Positions 60,265-64,000 of a DNA stretch of 64,000 bases are shown here, piece by piece. Source of the stretch: the human T2T-CHM13v2.0 reference genome, Homo sapiens; NCBI RefSeq assembly GCF_009914755.1, contig NC_060936.1; one strand, written 5' to 3'. The position numbers and the translations under genes are program-made. Numbering within the stretch: the first letter of the stretch is position 1; each line of letters opens with the position of its first letter. The notes under the pieces were generated by a model. The model was not told where the DNA came from and ran no database searches. It was given only the letters and a program-made list of their open reading frames with translations.

Positions 60265-61306
60265 GGGGAGGAGACAAGATGGCTGAATAGAAATAGCTCC
60301 GGTCTACAGTTCCCAGCATGAGCAATGCAGAAGACGGGTGATTTCTGCATTTCCAACTGAAGTACCAGGTTCATCTCACTGGGGAGTGCCAGACAGTAGG
60401 TGCAGGACAGTGGGTGCAGCACACCATGTGCGAGCCGAAGCAGGGCGAGGCATCGCCTCACCTGGGAAGCGAAAGGGGTCAGGGAATTCCCTTTCCTAGT
60501 CAAAGAAAGCTGACAGATGGCACCTGGAAAATCAGGTCACTCCCACCCTAATACTGCACTTTTCCAACAGGCTTAAAAAATAGAACACACCAGGAGATTA
60601 TATCCCGCACATGGCTCGGAGGGTCCTACGCCCACGGAGTCTCCCTCATTGCTAGCACAGCAGTCCAAGATCAAACTTCAATGTGGCAGCGAGGCTCAGG
60701 GAGGGGTGCCCGTCATTTCCGAGTTAGTTGTTTGATTAGGTAAACAAAGCGGCCGGGAAGCTCAAACTGGGTGGAGCCCACCACAGCTCAAGGAGGCCTG
60801 CCTGCCTCTGTAGGCTCCACCTCTGGGGGCAGGGCATGGACAAACAAAAAGACAGCAGTAACCTCTGCAGACTTAAATGTCCATCTCTGACAGCTTTGAA
60901 GAGAGTAGTGGTTCTCCCAGCACGCAGCTTGAGATCTGAGAACGGGCAGACTGCCTCCTCAAGTGGGTCCCTGTCTCCCGAGTAGCCTAACTGGGAGGCA
61001 CCCCCGAGTAGGGGCGGACTGACACCTCACACAGCCAGGTACTCCTCTGAGACAAAACTTTCAGAGGAACGATCAGGCAGCAGCATCTGCAGTTCACCAA
61101 TATCCGCTGCTCTGCATACACAGGCAAACACAGGCTGATACACAGGCAAACAGGGTCTGGAGTGGACCTCTAGCAAACTCCAACAGACCTGCAGCTGAGG
61201 CTCCTGTCTGTTAGAAGGAAAACTAACAAACAGAAAGGACATCCACACCAAAAACCTATCTGTATGTCACCAGCATCAAAGACCAAAGGTAGATAAAACC
61301 ACAAAG
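60265..61306 (+). promoter_or_regulatory. L1 5'UTR internal sense promoter and antisense promoter region
   Basis: YY1 core AAGATGGC near the 5' end. Length is about the L1HS UTR plus the extra ~129-bp segment of older L1PAs. Confidence 0.75.
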
Positions 61307-62326
61307 ATGGGAAAAAAACAGAGCAGAAAAACTGGAAACTCTTAAAATCAGAGCACCTCTCCTCCTCCAAAGGAACGCAGCTCCTCACCAGCAACGGAAC
61401 AAAGCTGGACGGAGAATGACTTTGACGAGTTGAGAGAAGAAGGCTTCAGACGATCAAACTACTCCGAGCTACAGGAGGAAATTCGAACCAATGGAAAAGA
61501 AGTTAAAAGCTTTGAAAAAAAAATTAGACGAATGGATAACTAGAATGATCAATGCAGAGAAGTCCTTAAAGGACCTGATGGAGCTGAAAACCAAGGCACG
61601 AGAGCTACGTGACGACTGCAGAAGCCTCAGTAGCCAATGCAATCAACTGGAAGAAAGGGTATCAGTGATGGAAGATGAAATGAATGAAATGAAGAGAGAA
61701 AAGAAGTTTAGAGAAAAAAAGAATAAAAAGAAATGAACAAAGCCTCCAAGAAATATGGGACTATGTGAAAAGACCAAATCTACATCTGATTGGTGTACCT
61801 GAAAGTGACGGGGAGAATGGAACCAAGTTGGAAGGGACAGTCTGCAGGATTTTATCCAGGAGAACTTCCCCAATATAGCAAGGCAGGCCAACATTCATAT
61901 TCAGGAAATACAGAGAACGCCACAAAGATACTCCTCGAGAAGAGCAACTCCAAGACACATAATTGTCAGATTCACCAAAGTTGAAATGAAGGAAAAAATG
62001 TTAAGGGCAGCCAGAGAGAAAGGTCGGGTTACCCACAAAGGGAAGCCGATCAGACTAACAGCTGATCTCTCGGCAGAAACTCTACAAGCCAGAAGAGAGT
62101 GGGGACCAATATTCAACATCCTTAAAGAAAAGAATTTTCAACCCAGAATCTCATATCCAGCCAAACTAAGCTTCATAAGTGAAGGAGAAATAAAATCCTT
62201 TACAGACAAGCAAATGCTGAGAGATTTTGTCACACCAGGCCTGCCCTAAAAGAGCTCCTGAAGGAAGCACTAAACATGGAAAGGAACAACCAGTACCAGC
62301 CACTGCAAAAACATGCCAAATTGTAA
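61307..62326 (+). pseudogene. L1 ORF1, disrupted
   Basis: MGKKQSRKTGNS then TAA at codon 13 (61343-61345). Fragmented ORF1 pieces at 61491-61736 and 61986-62249 show further frameshifts. Confidence 0.9.
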
Positions 62327-62389
62327 AGACCGTCAAGGCTAAGAAGAAACTGCATCAACTAACGAGCAAAATAACCAGCTAACATCATA

Positions 62390-64000
<1,611 letters not shown>

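Noticed and set aside
60696-60716. L1 ORF0 (antisense)
   Set aside because: The ATG at 60716 is followed by TGA at codon 7 (MTGTPP*), so it is not intact.

Overview
Human or great-ape genomic DNA holding the 3' half of ETV6 (TEL, an ETS-family repressor) on the + strand. Coding exons 4-8 lie at 4730-4864, 20716-21261, 35581-35723, 37062-37162 and 42076-42181, all with canonical AG/GT boundaries and an intact reading frame. The ~4.3 kb 3'UTR ends near AATAAA at 46495. Introns 4 and 5 are the known leukaemia translocation breakpoint regions, and intron 5 has a 207-bp alternating purine/pyrimidine tract. The rest is typical primate repeat content (about 25 Alus, MIR, L2, old L1, MLT1, MER/Tigger), ending in a 5'-intact but dead L1PA element (60265 to the window end). 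I see no wholly new gene system. The best leads are: (1) inverted AluY elements flanking the stop-free, symmetric exon 5, which predicts a circRNA with an endless ORF; (2) a candidate poison exon whose splice donor lies in a tRNA-Ile-derived SINE; (3) a templated micro-duplication that appears to erase the ZNF93 site of the L1; (4) an unexplained 38-bp direct repeat bracketing ~1 kb. Repeat subfamily calls and repeat coordinates are by eye and approximate.
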